Source of the DNA: an uncultured Planktomarina sp. | GTDB lineage: Bacteria; Pseudomonadota; Alphaproteobacteria; Rhodobacterales; Rhodobacteraceae | Assembly: GCA_905182425.1 (NCBI GenBank) | Contig: CAJJBP010000005.1 | Coordinates: 24,265-88,264, forward strand | Direction: 5' to 3' | Length of the DNA stretch: 64,000 nt | The notes under the pieces: model-generated | What the model saw: the letters and a program-made list of their open reading frames with translations, nothing else | Told to the model about the DNA's origin: nothing | Databases searched by the model: none | Part shown: positions 35,983-48,604 of the stretch, one piece after another | Layout of the letters: each line of letters opens with the position of its first letter | Numbering within the stretch: position 1 is the first letter of the stretch | Translations under genes and position numbers: made by a program

Positions 35983-36393
35983 CAGCAAATAATATTCAAA
36001 AGTTATCTTAATTTTAAAACAGATCTCGAAGGGGCTGGTACCTCCAAACTTGTACAGCGCAAAACCAAGGGTGAAATTTAATTACTTGGATCAACTATTC
36101 ACAAAGGAAGTTGAACTGATCGTTTCGGCACCTTGTTGATGAATTATAACACTTTAAAACTGTTTTGTATTATATCTCAAAAGGTTAGAATAGTTAGCTA
36201 AACCTGATGATCGGATCTATTTTGGAATAATAATTTAATTGTTGGCTAGAGCCCACAGCTAATGGGGGTATCAGATCACATGTTATCAGGAGCGTGCTGT
36301 GCATGCATTTAAGCTTGTTAGCTACACAGTCCAACTTGTGAAACCGGGTAAAAAATTTAAAACACCTACGCTGCCTTGTGATGCTCCAACAGC

Positions 36394-37482
36394 TTAACTA
36401 GCAGCACTAATTTTTCCTCCAATTACAGGCGAATTCACACCTGTTGTTAGTGGAAAAGACGTTGGTAACCTATAAAGTACGCGGGCAGCAAGGTAAGCAA
36501 AAGCCTGAGCTTCAACCATATCTCCATCAAAACCTAATTCGTCAATATCACGCACTTCCATTGGCAGACCAGCCCTTAATAATCGCATAATCTCAAGATT
36601 TTTACGCCCACCGCCTGTAATCCAAATTTCGCGTGGAGGGCTTGGCAAATGATCCAAAGACAGCGCTACCGATCGTGCTACAGCATGTGTTAAAGTTGCG
36701 GCCGCATCTACTAAACTAAAATTTTCGACAGACTTGGTAAGAAATCCGAACTCATCCCTATCCAAAGATTTTGGAGGCTTTTGTGCAAAATATTTGTGGT
36801 TTAGTAGCTGATCAATAACAGCTTTTGACGCGACACCTTGAGCAGCAAGAGATCCATATTCATCAAACGAAGCACCAGTTCGTGATAATATAGCGTCGTT
36901 TAGTGGCGCATTTGCGGGACCAGTGTCAAAGGCCAAAACCCCCGTTTCTAGCTTGAGTGAAGGATCAATCCAAGTCAAGTTTCCAACACCACCAAGGTTT
37001 ACAATGGCAATCTCAGCTTCGCATCTTGCATATCGGGCCATCGCCCAATGGTAGATTGGAGCTAAAGGCGCGCCCTGCCCCCCAAGAGCCACATCGTTAG
37101 TTCTAAAATCCCAAGCAACTGCGTAGCTAGTATGTTTTGCTAATTGAGCACCACAACCAATTTGATGTGTACGATTATTTACCGGATCATGTGCTAAAGT
37201 CTGACCATGGAACCCAACTAACTGGACTTTTGGCAATTTAGCTAAAACTGCGCAGTGTACCTCTAAAATAATCGCTTCAACTTCCGCTAAATCTGGGTCT
37301 CCCTGCCACAACCCCAATCCTGCTCGTAACGTGTCGCGCTGTGTTTCTGAATATGGTACGTACGCCGATGGACCAAAAGCAAAGATTTTGTCGCCATTTG
37401 TCAACAAACACGCGCCATCCACACCATCCAGTGATGTCCCGGACATTAAACCAGCAATCCAAATGGGCTTATTATGTTGCAT
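36394..37482 (-). CDS. anmK: Anhydro-N-acetylmuramic acid kinase
   Basis: [34 protein letters not shown]; divergent from tyrS. Confidence 0.95.
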   Translation of the reverse strand: MQHNKPIWIAGLMSGTSLDGVDGACLLTNGDKIFAFGPSAYVPYSETQRDTLRAGLGLWQGDPDLAEVEAIILEVHCAVLAKLPKVQLVGFHGQTLAHDPVNNRTHQIGCGAQLAKHTSYAVAWDFRTNDVALGGQGAPLAPIYHWAMARYARCEAEIAIVNLGGVGNLTWIDPSLKLETGVLAFDTGPANAPLNDAILSRTGASFDEYGSLAAQGVASKAVIDQLLNHKYFAQKPPKSLDRDEFGFLTKSVENFSLVDAAATLTHAVARSVALSLDHLPSPPREIWITGGGRKNLEIMRLLRAGLPMEVRDIDELGFDGDMVEAQAFAYLAARVLYRLPTSFPLTTGVNSPVIGGKISAAS

Positions 37483-37548
37483 GGCCTTCCCCTACTGAGC
37501 GGCTTTCACTATATACTGGACCGACCGCCTTCAAGGGACAAGACACCA

Positions 37549-38799
37549 ATGACATATCATCCTAAATCAAAATTCATTTCTGTAATGATAGAACGCGGCT
37601 TTTTGGCCGATTGCACAGATTACCAAGGCCTTGATGAAGCATTAAGCGTCGGCATAGTACCAGGATATATAGGCTTTGATGCCACAGCTGAATCTTTGCA
37701 TGTTGGCAGCCTCATTCAAATAATGATGCTACGTTGGCTGCAAAAAACAGGCCATAAACCAATCACCCTCATGGGTGGCGGAACAACAAAAGTAGGTGAT
37801 CCCTCGTTTAGAGCAGAAGAGCGCCCGTTACTCACAGAAAAGCAAATTGACGATAATATTTCAGGCATAAAACGAGTGTTTGAACGTTATATCAGCTACG
37901 ATGATAGCCCAACCGGTGCGTTGATGCTCAACAATGCTGAATGGCTCGATAAACTGAACTATCTTGAGTTTTTGCGCGATATTGGTATGCATTTTTCAGT
38001 AAACCGAATGCTTAGCTTTGAGTCAGTGAAGTCGCGAATTGACCGTGAGCAGTCATTAAGCTTCCTAGAGTTTAATTATATGATATTGCAAGCCTATGAT
38101 TTTCTAGAGCTAAACCGCCGTTATGGTTGTGTTTTCCAAATGGGTGGATCAGACCAGTGGGGTAATATTGTTAATGGAATTGATCTTACCAGGCGAGTTT
38201 TAAATCATGAAATTTATGGCCTAACTTCACAGCTATTAACAACCTCCGACGGCAAGAAAATGGGTAAATCCCTCAATGGTGCAATTTGGCTTAACCCAGA
38301 AATGTTATCCCCTTACGAATTTTGGCAATTTTGGCGAAATACAACAGATGCCGATACGGGACGCTTTTTAAAGCTTTACACTGAATTGCCACTGGAAGAG
38401 TGTGAGCGCTTAGGTTTATTGGAAGGTTCGGAAATCAATACAGCGAAAGTCATATTGGCTAATGAAGTTACAAGCCTTTTGCATGGTAGGGCCGCCAGCA
38501 AAGCCGCTGAAGCGACAGCGCGGGAGGTTTTTGATAAAGGCGGAGTGGGAAACGATCTACCAACCGTGAAAGTCAGTGCGGAAGAAATCGGTAATGCGAT
38601 ATCAGTTGTACAATTGTTTGTTAAATCTGGATTGGTCAATACTGGAAAAGAGGCAAAACGTTTAATTGCAGAGAATGGGGCCAAAATTAACGATACCCCT
38701 CTTACCGATGCTGGATTGGTATTACAGGTCAAGGATTTTGATACTCCTGTGAAATTATCAAAAGGTAAAAAGAAACATGTTTTGTTGCAATTACAATGA
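37549..38799 (+). CDS. tyrS: Tyrosine--tRNA ligase
   Basis: [29 protein letters not shown]4-like tail. Confidence 0.97.
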   Translation: MTYHPKSKFISVMIERGFLADCTDYQGLDEALSVGIVPGYIGFDATAESLHVGSLIQIMMLRWLQKTGHKPITLMGGGTTKVGDPSFRAEERPLLTEKQIDDNISGIKRVFERYISYDDSPTGALMLNNAEWLDKLNYLEFLRDIGMHFSVNRMLSFESVKSRIDREQSLSFLEFNYMILQAYDFLELNRRYGCVFQMGGSDQWGNIVNGIDLTRRVLNHEIYGLTSQLLTTSDGKKMGKSLNGAIWLNPEMLSPYEFWQFWRNTTDADTGRFLKLYTELPLEECERLGLLEGSEINTAKVILANEVTSLLHGRAASKAAEATAREVFDKGGVGNDLPTVKVSAEEIGNAISVVQLFVKSGLVNTGKEAKRLIAENGAKINDTPLTDAGLVLQVKDFDTPVKLSKGKKKHVLLQLQ

Positions 38800-39962
38800 C
38801 TTCTCGAACACAATCAACGTTTTCCCCGCCTGTAATGGAAGCTCAACGTTGGGTTACAGATAAAACATTTTCAGACTGCCCGCTGATCAATGTAAGCCAA
38901 GCGGCTCCAGTGGAACCTCCGCCAGCTGCTTTGATCGATCATATGGCCCAAATAATTTATGACGAAGATACCCATCTATATGGTCCTGTCTTGGGGTTGC
39001 CCGCTTTACGATCAGAGCTGGCAGATCAATGGAGCAGGTCCTATGAGGGAGAGATACACTCAAATCATGTCGGTATTACTTCTGGATGCAATCAAGCATT
39101 TTCAGCGGCTGTTGCCATGCTTTGTGGGCAAGATGATGAGATAATCCTGCCTACGCCTTTCTATTTTAATCATAAAATGTGGCTCGATATGGCAGGAGTT
39201 AGAACTATTACTCTGGCTTGTCGCGGCGATATGATCCCAGACCCAGAGGAAGCGGCACAATTAATCACGGAAAAAACCCGAGCAATTGTATTAGTCACTC
39301 CAAACAACCCCTGCGGTGTGGAATACCCAGCAGATGTCGTAATGAAATTTTACGAGTTAGCAAAAGAGCGTCAAATTGCATTAATTATTGACGAAACCTA
39401 TCGGGACTTTCACAGTCAGACCGGTGCGCCACACAATTTATTCCATAAAAAGTGCTGGGACGACACACTGATTCAGCTCTATTCCTTTTCGAAAGCCTAC
39501 CGTCTAACTGGACACCGCGTAGGGTCGGTCATAGCAAGTGAGACCCGAATTGCAGAAATAGAGAAGTTTCTCGACACAGTGTCAATCTGTCCCAATCAAC
39601 TTGGTCAAAAAGCAGCTCTTTGGGGCTTGCAAAACCTTGGAGAATGGCTGGCGAATGAGCGTTTAGAAATATTGACCCGCCGATCGTTAATTGAAGAAAA
39701 CTTCCCACGTCTCGCTGCTAAAGGTTGGAAACTATTGGGCCTGGGCGCTTATTTTGCTTACCTTAAACATCCTTTTGATATTTCTTCGGATACACTTGCA
39801 AGGCACCTTGTAGACGCTGCCTCGGTCCTTACCCTGCCAGGCACAATGTTTGTTAAAGACACGGATCAAAGCGGCGAAGGTCAACTGCGAATAGCATTTG
39901 CAAATATAGATGCCCATCGGATCAATCTTTTGTTTGACCGTTTAGAAAAAGTAATTCTGTAA
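38796..39962 (+). CDS. PLP-dependent class I/II aminotransferase
   Basis: [25 protein letters not shown]. Confidence 0.9.
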   Translation: MTSRTQSTFSPPVMEAQRWVTDKTFSDCPLINVSQAAPVEPPPAALIDHMAQIIYDEDTHLYGPVLGLPALRSELADQWSRSYEGEIHSNHVGITSGCNQAFSAAVAMLCGQDDEIILPTPFYFNHKMWLDMAGVRTITLACRGDMIPDPEEAAQLITEKTRAIVLVTPNNPCGVEYPADVVMKFYELAKERQIALIIDETYRDFHSQTGAPHNLFHKKCWDDTLIQLYSFSKAYRLTGHRVGSVIASETRIAEIEKFLDTVSICPNQLGQKAALWGLQNLGEWLANERLEILTRRSLIEENFPRLAAKGWKLLGLGAYFAYLKHPFDISSDTLARHLVDAASVLTLPGTMFVKDTDQSGEGQLRIAFANIDAHRINLLFDRLEKVIL

Positions 39963-40026
39963 CACGCTTGCTGTAGATCACTGTCTAGCTTAAGAATTTG
40001 TAAAATATAATAAAGGGACCATCCCC

Positions 40027-41887
40027 ATGTCAACGAAGAAGAAATCAAGCGCTAGTAAGTTAGCTGTATGGATCATCATAGGATTACTGATGTTTGGTAT
40101 GATTGGCTTTGGTGCAGCGGGTCTTAATGGCACGCAACGTTCTTTGGGAACTGTGGGAGACAAATCAGTTTCTATTACATCTTACAGCAACGCTTTTCAA
40201 AATGAAATCAATAGGTTGCAACAGCAAATCGGGCGGGCTTTGACACAAGAGGAGGTTCAAACAATCGGCATTGATCAGCAAGCACTTAACCGCGTGATCA
40301 ATACCCGCGCCTTGGATCAACTTGTGACGGACCTTGGCTTGTCAATGGGTGATGAACGTATAAGTGACGAGTTGCAAAAAATTCCCGCTTTTGTTGGACT
40401 TAACGGCATGTTTGATCGGGTTTCATACGGTGAAGTTCTACGGCGCAACAATCTTAGCGAGGGTGACTTTGAGGCATCTCTTCGCGAAGATGGAGCACGA
40501 AAAATTCTTCAGCAAGCAGTTTTAACAGGCATTGAAGCAGCACCAGCATACGAAGACGCTATAGTTTCTTTCATTACACAAAACAGGGACTTTACCTGGG
40601 CGAGAATTTCTGCGGCGAACATTGCTGCAGAAGCATCAGAAGTTAAAGAATCTGATTTAGTGGCTTTTCACAGTGAGAACCCGAAGCAGTTCACAAAACC
40701 TGCCGCCAAAATAATCAGTTACATTTTGTTGACACCAGAAATGCTGGCCAGCTCGATGGATATTTCCGAAGAAACTTTGAAGTCAGTATATGAGCTTCGT
40801 ATAGATGAATTCAATCAGGCACCCTCGCGCATGGTCGAGCGTTTAATATTTTCTGAACGCTCTAAAGCACAAGTTGCAATGGATGAGATTGTTGCTGGCA
40901 CACTAACTTTTGAAAGTGCCGTATCTGATCGTGGCCTAACTTTAACAGATGTTGATTTGGGAATTGTTGAAAAACCAACCTTAGAAGACGCTGGAGATGC
41001 AGTATTCTCTTTGATGCAGCCAGGGCTAGTAGGCCCAATAGACACCAATTTAGGTCCCGCTCTTTTTCGTGTGACCGCCATTCTTGATGGATCAATACAA
41101 TCGTACGACACTGTTAAAGAACAGCTTCGAATGGAAGCCTCCTTAGATGCCGCAGCAAATGAAATAGTAGCTATTTCCGAAGATGTTGACGATCTTGCTT
41201 GCAGGCGGTGCCGCGCTTGAAGATATTGCGGCTGAAACAGACATGGAATTCGGTGTTGTTGAATGGCATGTTTCAGGCAGTGGTGGGATATCAGATTTTG
41301 ATGCGTTCAAACTAGCAGCAACTACATTGACCACAGACAACTTCCCAACCCTTGCCTCCATCAATGGAGGTGGGATATTTGCTATTCGTCTCGATGGTAA
41401 TGTAGCCGCAGAATTGAAGCCTCTAAATGAGGTGCGCCTTGAAGTGCAAGCTGCCTTTGTAGCACAAAGATTACAAGCAGCAATTATTGATCGTGCATTA
41501 GAAATCGCTGCAGACGTCTCTACTCAAACACCACTGAAGAGCTTTGGCTTGGTCGAAATGACTGAACTAGGTGTGACGCGTGGCGATACGATCGATGGTG
41601 CTCCTCCGACGATGGTAGCAAAAGGTTTTGAAATAGAACTGGGAACTGCAGCTATTATTGAAGATGCACTAGGCGCATTGATTATTATCCCAACTGCTGA
41701 AAACGGAGGTGATTTCGAAAGTGATCAGGTCAAAGCTTTAAAAGAAATTGTAGCCAACCGGATCAAAGCTGCCATCTCACAAGACATCTTTGAGGCTTTC
41801 AGCAATGCGGCACGAGATAATGTTGACATTAATATTAACCAAGCAACTGTAAGGTCGATAACTACTAATATTCTTGGAAACAGGTAG
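40027..41887 (+). CDS. ppiD: SurA/PpiD-like periplasmic chaperone; apparent frameshift near 41200
   Basis: N-terminal TM anchor, SurA-N and parvulin-like region, directly upstream of trpE. Confidence 0.85.
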
Positions 41888-41891
41888 AAAA

Positions 41892-43402
41892 ATGAACCTC
41901 GTTCCAACTTTTGAGGAATTTGCAGTTAAGTATAGGACTGGTGAAAATCAACTTGTATATTCGAGACTAGCAGCAGATCTCGATACTCCTGTGTCCCTGA
42001 TGTTAAAATTGTCCGGAGCCCAAAAAGACAGCTTCATATTAGAAAGTGTGACTGGTGGGGAAGTGAGGGGACGCTATTCAATAGTGGGCCTTAAGCCCGA
42101 TCTTATCTGGCGCTGCCATGGAACAAAAAGCGAAGTAAATCGAGATGCCCGATACGATCCTAACAGTTTTAAAAAACAAACTGGTAATCCATTAGATACT
42201 TTGCGAGCGTTGATAAGAGAATGTCGCATTTTGATGCCACAAGGTTTACCTCCAGCGGCCGCTGGGCTTTTTGGCTATCTTGGATACGACATGATTAGGC
42301 TGGTTGAGAATCTACCGGATGTGAACCCTGACCCCTTGGAGCTTCCTGACGCAGTAATGGTTCGCCCGACTGTTGTCGCGGTGCTGGACGGCGTCAAGGG
42401 TGAGGTAACGGTTGTAGCTCCTGCGTGGCATGGAACTGGCCTTACAGCCCGAGCCGCATATGCTCAAGCAGCAGAAAGGGTTATGGACGCATTGCGTGAC
42501 CTTGATCGCCCAGTTGAATCCGAACAGAGAGATCTTACAGGCTCTGGCAAGGTGGGTACCCCTAAATCAAACTTTTCTAAAGTAGATTACCTTGCAGCAG
42601 TCAACAAAGCTAAAGAATACATAAAAGCTGGAGATATTTTTCAGGTTGTTCCAGCGCAAAGATGGACGCAAGAATTTGATTTGCCCCCTTTCGCGATGTA
42701 CCGTGCATTGCGACGTATGAACCCTTCGCCGTTTATGTTCTTTTTTAATTATGGTGATTTTCAAATCATCGGTGCGAGTCCAGAAATTTTAGTACGCTTG
42801 ATGGATAATGAAATCACAATTCGCCCAATTGCTGGAACGCGGAAACGTGGTGCAACACCCGAAGAGGACCGTGCCCTTGAAACTGATCTTTTGCAGGATG
42901 AAAAGGAATTAGCAGAACACCTAATGTTGCTAGATCTAGGCCGTAACGATGTTGGCCGAGTAGCCAAAATAGGGACTGTGCGACCTACTGAAAAATTTAG
43001 CGTGGAGCGTTATAGTCATGTGATGCACATCGTATCTAATGTTGTGGGTGAACTGGATCCTCAACATGATGCCTTGTCTGCGTTGCTTGCTGGGCTTCCT
43101 GCAGGAACATTGTCTGGCGCTCCCAAGGTACGCGCTATGGAGATTATAGATGAGCTGGAGCCCGAAAAACGCGGTGTTTACGGGGGTGGCTGCGGTTATT
43201 TTTCTGCTGGAGGCGACATGGATATTTGTATCGCTTTGCGTACAGCATTCTTAAAGATGGAAAGCTCTATTCACAAGCAGGTGGTGGAGTAGTTTATGAC
43301 AGTGATCCCGAAGCAGAATATGAGGAAACGGTGAACAAAGCGAAGGCTGTTTGGAGCGCCGCTGAGGACGCTATTAATTTCTCTAAAAGGCGCAATGTCT
43401 AA
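41892..43402 (+). CDS. trpE: Anthranilate synthase component I; apparent frameshift near 43250
   Basis: LESVTGGEVRGRYS, GDIFQVV, PIAGTR, AEHLMLLDLGRND, GAPKVRAM; the shifted frame ends QAGGGVVYDSDPEAEYEETVNKA. Confidence 0.95.
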
Positions 43403-43439
43403 ACCCAGGTTGGTATTAGCTCCTTTATATAAAAGCGTG

Positions 43440-44402
43440 CTAGGTTCCACGCCACCGGCGCAGCATCCAATACCACTGGTCAGGATTGCGTAAAATTCGG
43501 GCCGATAGTGTATCGTTGAATATACCGGTCATTGTTTGACTGTCAGTGTGTTCAATTGGTGCTTCAAATTCTACATCAAAAGTACTGCCATCCCCTACCC
43601 TCGTACCAAAAGCCGGAACTAAAGGAAGATTATACTTTAATGCGAGTTGTGCCGCGGCTAGCGATGTTAATGCAGGCCGCCCTAAGAATGGGATTCTCAC
43701 ACCATCAATGGCATGTTCATCTAGCAAAATAGATATAAATCCTCCATCTCGGATATGGCGCACTAAAGCTCGGGTTCCAATATGGCCCGTTGCTAATATC
43801 GGTTTTCCACCGGCCTGAATTCCCGCAAATAAGCGTCGTTCATAGTGGCGATTTTTTTGAGGACGGTAAACAGCACCTGTTTCCATACCACGGGTTTTTA
43901 AAGCAGCCCTTACCGCCTCCCACTGACCAAAGTGCCCTGAAACAATGATAGCACCTCTGCCCGCCTGTCGTGCAGATTCAAGTGCCGCCAACCCAGGCCC
44001 GAAGACATTATTTCGATTTGGTAGAGCCTGAAATTCCGCACAATGATAAATTTCAAACAGAGTGCGCCCCATATTGCGGCCTACTCCACCACATAACTTC
44101 ATACGCTCTCCACGTGGCATATCAGGAAAGACAGTAAGCAATTCACGATCAAACCGACGCCATGCAATTGGAAAATACATCAAGACGCGGCTAACCATTG
44201 CACCCAACGCACGAGATCTGCTATCAAACGTTCTCCCTCGAGAAAACGACAATGCAGACAAGAGCGGGATATACCTAAGATGCTGCCAAAGGCTAGTTAT
44301 TAAACGAGCAACCATATCGTCGTATGATCGTAATTGATCACGGAGCCAAGTAAAAAATTCTATATGCTTTTGCAAAAACGGCGAGGCTCCGCTCAATGTC
44401 AT
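43440..44402 (-). CDS. lpxL: Lipid A lauroyl/lysophospholipid acyltransferase (start uncertain)
   Basis: SGHFGQWE, ILLDE, PFLG, PDQWYW..RRW. Confidence 0.8.
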   Translation of the reverse strand: MTLSGASPFLQKHIEFFTWLRDQLRSYDDMVARLITSLWQHLRYIPLLSALSFSRGRTFDSRSRALGAMVSRVLMYFPIAWRRFDRELLTVFPDMPRGERMKLCGGVGRNMGRTLFEIYHCAEFQALPNRNNVFGPGLAALESARQAGRGAIIVSGHFGQWEAVRAALKTRGMETGAVYRPQKNRHYERRLFAGIQAGGKPILATGHIGTRALVRHIRDGGFISILLDEHAIDGVRIPFLGRPALTSLAAAQLALKYNLPLVPAFGTRVGDGSTFDVEFEAPIEHTDSQTMTGIFNDTLSARILRNPDQWYWMLRRWRGT

Positions 44403-44598
44403 TAAAAACCGTTGTTAATAGAAATGGTTGAGGGACAAACTTATTTCAACTACCTTTGCCAAAGCAGCCTAATTAATCATACATTTACTAAGTTGTGCTA
44501 GGTTAACCACATAATTACTCGTTCTGAGCGAGGTTTACATATACGCCCTTAGACCCAATTTAAATGAAGAAAGCAGACACTATTTATCAGATTTATCT

Positions 44599-44633
44599 AA
44601 AAAAAATGCCAAGGTGAATCAACCTTGGCATTT
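44599..44633 (-). terminator. Intrinsic terminator of the ABC operon
   Basis: AAATGCCAAGG-loop-CCTTGGCATTT with an A-tract on the left. Confidence 0.85.
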
Positions 44634-44648
44634 CTTATTTTTTATTTG

Positions 44649-45842
44649 TTACTTAAGTAGGGTTGCTGACCAAGCACCGTCTACGACAGAACTTTTGCTG
44701 AACAAACCAGCTACGTCGCCGTTAGCATCAAAGTCTTGGTTGCCTGCAGCGCCTTCGTAGTTAATGTCGCCACCAGCCGCGAGAATGCTTTTCGCTTTTG
44801 CCCACTCACCAGGAAGAATAACCTCACCCGGTGCACTTGAGATAGAACGCAGTGCTGCTGAAACGCTGGCGCGATCATCAGAACCGGTTTTTTCGATAGC
44901 CAGGGCCAGCATGAATGCTGCGTCATAACTATTTGGTACAAAAGGATCACTGGCAGGAACACCTGCTCCTCCAGCCAAAGCAGCCCATGCAGCATATGCT
45001 GGTGTTGTAGGGTCAGACGCAGATGTTGTAAAAGTTACGCCACCCATATTTTCTGCACCAATTTGCTCTATAACTTCGTCTGACAACATGCCATCCGCAC
45101 CAATAAATGTATCAAACGCGGCAGTTTCCAATGCGTTACGCATCAAAGTGATACCACCAGACCCATAATATGCAAAAAGTGCAAGATTGTCTGATGTGCT
45201 ACCCAAAGTTGCAACTTCCGAACGGTAAGATGCTTTGCTTGGCTCATGCGCTTCATTTGCTGTAACTGTACCACCAGCTGCTGTGAAAGCAGCAGCAAAA
45301 ACAGCAGCAATTGCTGCATTATAGTCATCATTTGCCCAAGAAACGGCAATCTCTGTTATACCTTGCTCCATAGCGAGGTTAGCCAAAGCAACACCTTGGT
45401 AAGCATCTGATGCTGCAGTACGGAACATCAAGTCAGTGCCATCTTCCATTTCGGATATTGCAGGTGAAGATGCAGATACGGATAATGTTGTTACGCCAGC
45501 TGGAAAAGATACAGATTCAGCCTGAGCGATCGTTGAGCCGGAACAGACTGGGCCAAGAATAGCTGAAACAGAGTTCACGTTGATCAATTTAGTAACCGCA
45601 TCAACAGCAGCTACTGGATCACATGCACTGTCAGCACGGATAATGTTGTAGGCCTCGCCAGCAGCGAACATGCCGCCCTGTGCGTTTACGTGAGCAGCAG
45701 CCAAGTCAATTGCTTGAGCCATTGGCGCAACCAAGTCCGGAATCGGACCAGTCAAAGCCATTGGGTTGCCGACATTAACATCTGCCATTACGGCTGTGGA
45801 ACACAACATAGCTGCTGCGGTGGTAAAGATAGTTCTTTTCAT
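44649..45842 (-). CDS. Liv-type ABC transporter substrate-binding protein
   Basis: Signal peptide, GPVCSGST, FRTAASDAYQG, YDAA. Confidence 0.88.
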   Translation of the reverse strand: MKRTIFTTAAAMLCSTAVMADVNVGNPMALTGPIPDLVAPMAQAIDLAAAHVNAQGGMFAAGEAYNIIRADSACDPVAAVDAVTKLINVNSVSAILGPVCSGSTIAQAESVSFPAGVTTLSVSASSPAISEMEDGTDLMFRTAASDAYQGVALANLAMEQGITEIAVSWANDDYNAAIAAVFAAAFTAAGGTVTANEAHEPSKASYRSEVATLGSTSDNLALFAYYGSGGITLMRNALETAAFDTFIGADGMLSDEVIEQIGAENMGGVTFTTSASDPTTPAYAAWAALAGGAGVPASDPFVPNSYDAAFMLALAIEKTGSDDRASVSAALRSISSAPGEVILPGEWAKAKSILAAGGDINYEGAAGNQDFDANGDVAGLFSKSSVVDGAWSATLLK

Positions 45843-45856
45843 AAGTCTTCTCCCAG

Positions 45857-46936
45857 TTATCCTGCTTTTGCCTTTTTGATGCCGTCTGGTGACGCAGGTC
45901 GCACCTCCGGCAAAATCCCTCTTGGGAATTTCTGTAATATCACCTGCAATAGCAGGCCAATCAACATCATACGTAAGAAACCTGCCCGCGTTCGCAGAGA
46001 TCCCATATCAACTCCATCAAAAACATAAATAAGCATATCGATAATTCCAGTGATTACCAGCTCACTGGCAGACCAAATAGTCCAGATCAAAAATGCGCCT
46101 AACATAGCACCCCGGTTGTTGCCAGAACCACCTAAAATGAGCATCACCCAAACCAAGAACGTGACCTTTGCCGGGTCAAAGGTATTGGTTGGTTCTATAA
46201 GACGTAAGTGCTGCGCGAATAACGCACCGGCAAGACCCATAATGGCGGCGCCAATAACAAAGGCTTCAATACGACGAGCTGTCACGTTTTTACCAGCAGC
46301 GCGTGCTGCCGGTTCGTTTTCACGAATGGCAGTCATCATACGACCCCATGGTGCGAGGCGAGCACGCTCAAGCATACGGTAAATCACATACATCACCAAT
46401 AAAACTGTAAAAGCAAAGAAAGGCTGCCACCACCAATTATACAAATTATCGAAAAACGCTTCCCACTTTTCGGGTGTACCAAACCAGCTTAAAGGCCAGC
46501 TTGAATAAAAACGTTCCTCGGAGAAGTGTTCCCAAAACCGTGGGATTTTATTAATGCCCCTTGGACCGTTGGTTATATCAGTTTCATTTTTTAAAATCAG
46601 TTTAATAATCTCAGCGATACCAATTGTAGCAATAGCAAGATAGTCAGATCGTAATCGAATACAGATGAACCCTATCAAAGCAGCTACTATTGCCGCGGTT
46701 AACATCGCGGTGACCATTCCTATAGGTAGAGGGAACCCAAAACCACCTATGTGATATTTACTACCAGCTGTAGTCAATAAAGCGTAAGTGTAAGCGCCAA
46801 CAGCAGCAAATCCAACAATACCTACGTTAAAAAGACCCGCAAAGCCCCATTGAACGTTGAGCCCAAGTGCAAAAATTGCATAAATACCACCAACTGTCAG
46901 CAACGAGAGAACATAGAGCAGAATTCCAGCATCCAT
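45857..46936 (-). CDS. Liv-type ABC permease (LivM-like)
   Basis: RLRSDYLAIAT, WGRMMTAIRENE.AA, LGGSGN. Confidence 0.9.
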   Translation of the reverse strand: MDAGILLYVLSLLTVGGIYAIFALGLNVQWGFAGLFNVGIVGFAAVGAYTYALLTTAGSKYHIGGFGFPLPIGMVTAMLTAAIVAALIGFICIRLRSDYLAIATIGIAEIIKLILKNETDITNGPRGINKIPRFWEHFSEERFYSSWPLSWFGTPEKWEAFFDNLYNWWWQPFFAFTVLLVMYVIYRMLERARLAPWGRMMTAIRENEPAARAAGKNVTARRIEAFVIGAAIMGLAGALFAQHLRLIEPTNTFDPAKVTFLVWVMLILGGSGNNRGAMLGAFLIWTIWSASELVITGIIDMLIYVFDGVDMGSLRTRAGFLRMMLIGLLLQVILQKFPRGILPEVRPASPDGIKKAKAG

Positions 46937-47886
46937 CAGAATGACCTCCCCTTGAACAAGCCTTGAGGTCGGATAATCAACATTACTACCATAATAGCAA
47001 AGGCTACTCCCGTTTTATAACCAGGACTTAACAATGGACCATCGCCAAGCCATGGATAGGCTGAAAGCTCTTCTGCCAAGCCAATTACTAAACCGCCAAA
47101 GACAGCGCCGTAGGGCTTTCCTATACCACCCAATATAGCGGCTGCAAACATAGGTAAAAGCATCCGGAAGCCCATTGTTGTTTCAAGCATTTGGATGTCC
47201 ATTGCAAGAAAAACGCCCGCCGCCATGGCGCAAGCCCCCCCAACAATCCACGTAGCTCGTATAACTTGATTAACATCAATACCGGTCACATGTGCCAGAT
47301 CGGGGCTGTCAGACACCGCGCGCATTGCTTTGCCGATGCGTGTACGGTTCAACAGATAACTTAAAGCCATCACAAATACGATTGTACCTGCAAATATAAA
47401 TAAATGTTTATTTGGTATTAGTAAAAGCAAATCTACAGATTTGCTCCAGTCCATTAGAGTAGGATTAGGCTTTGCTATACCAGGTATAAAAGTCAATTGA
47501 TTTGGGCCCCAAATCACTTGAACCGCCGAACGGATAATCAGCATCATGCCAAAGCTAGCCATCACTACTTTGATTGTGTCTGCCTTACGGAAAGGTTTGT
47601 AAAAATATCGGTCTGTCACCAAAAACAACAAAACTACCAACAAGGTTGCGGGCACTGCTGCCAATAATGGGTGTACACTTATACCTAGGATACCGGAACA
47701 AACAGCCATAACAGTCCATGTAAGATAGGCGCCTGTCATCATAGTTTCGCCGTGTGCAAAGTTAGCAAAACGCAGAATGCTAAAAGTCAGCGTTATCCCA
47801 ATCGCACCAAGCGCGTAGATACAGCCCAAAACCAATCCCGGAATGAAATAAAAATTAACAAATTCAAAGCCAAAGGAGTTCCACAT
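46936..47886 (-). CDS. Liv-type ABC permease (LivH-like)
   Basis: YALGAIG..FANFAHG, TRIGKAMRAV, LGGIG. Confidence 0.9.
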   Translation of the reverse strand: MWNSFGFEFVNFYFIPGLVLGCIYALGAIGITLTFSILRFANFAHGETMMTGAYLTWTVMAVCSGILGISVHPLLAAVPATLLVVLLFLVTDRYFYKPFRKADTIKVVMASFGMMLIIRSAVQVIWGPNQLTFIPGIAKPNPTLMDWSKSVDLLLLIPNKHLFIFAGTIVFVMALSYLLNRTRIGKAMRAVSDSPDLAHVTGIDVNQVIRATWIVGGACAMAAGVFLAMDIQMLETTMGFRMLLPMFAAAILGGIGKPYGAVFGGLVIGLAEELSAYPWLGDGPLLSPGYKTGVAFAIMVVMLIIRPQGLFKGRSF

Positions 47887-47887
47887 T

Positions 47888-48604
47888 TTAGTGCCCCCCG
47901 CCCAAGAACATGCTAGCAATCTCACGGTCCGCAAGCAAATCAGAGCCCTTGCCCGTATGTCTATTCGCACCATCGACTAAAACGTAACCCCTGTCAGAAA
48001 CGGCAAGGGCTTGCTTTGCATTCTGCTCAACAATTAAAATTGGCACACCTGTTTTTTTAATTTTTTGTATTGTTCCAAAAATCTCACCACGATATTTTGG
48101 CGATAGACCTGCAGTTGGCTCGTCTAGCAACAATATTCGAGCGTCGACCATCAAAGCTTTTGCCATTGCAAGCATTTGGCGCTGCCCGCCAGACAATGAA
48201 CCAGCTGTTTGATTCCGCTTTTCTGCGAGATCTGGGAAAAGAGCGTACATTTCATCAAGGCGTTCAGGAATGCCAACTGGACGCGTCCAAGCCCCCATCT
48301 CGAGATTTTCTTCTACGCTAAGATTAACAAAAACATTATTAGTTTGCGGAACATAGGAAATTCCTAGTTCAACCACTTTTGCAGCCGGAGTATTGGTAAT
48401 ATTTTTTCCGTGGAGTTGAACTTCTCCCTCTGAGATATTGAGCAGTCCCAAAACCGATTTTATTGCAGTGGATTTACCAGCTCCATTAGGACCTATAACG
48501 GCCACAATCTCGTTTGGGTTAACATGCATTGATAAATCATGCAGGATTTCAGTCTGTCCGTAACCCGCTCTAAGATTATTCAAGGATAAAATTGGATTTG
48601 TCAT
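47888..48604 (-). CDS. Liv-type ABC ATPase (LivF-like)
   Basis: GPNGAGKS, LSGGQRQ, LLDEP, VEQN. Confidence 0.92.
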   Translation of the reverse strand: MTNPILSLNNLRAGYGQTEILHDLSMHVNPNEIVAVIGPNGAGKSTAIKSVLGLLNISEGEVQLHGKNITNTPAAKVVELGISYVPQTNNVFVNLSVEENLEMGAWTRPVGIPERLDEMYALFPDLAEKRNQTAGSLSGGQRQMLAMAKALMVDARILLLDEPTAGLSPKYRGEIFGTIQKIKKTGVPILIVEQNAKQALAVSDRGYVLVDGANRHTGKGSDLLADREIASMFLGGGH

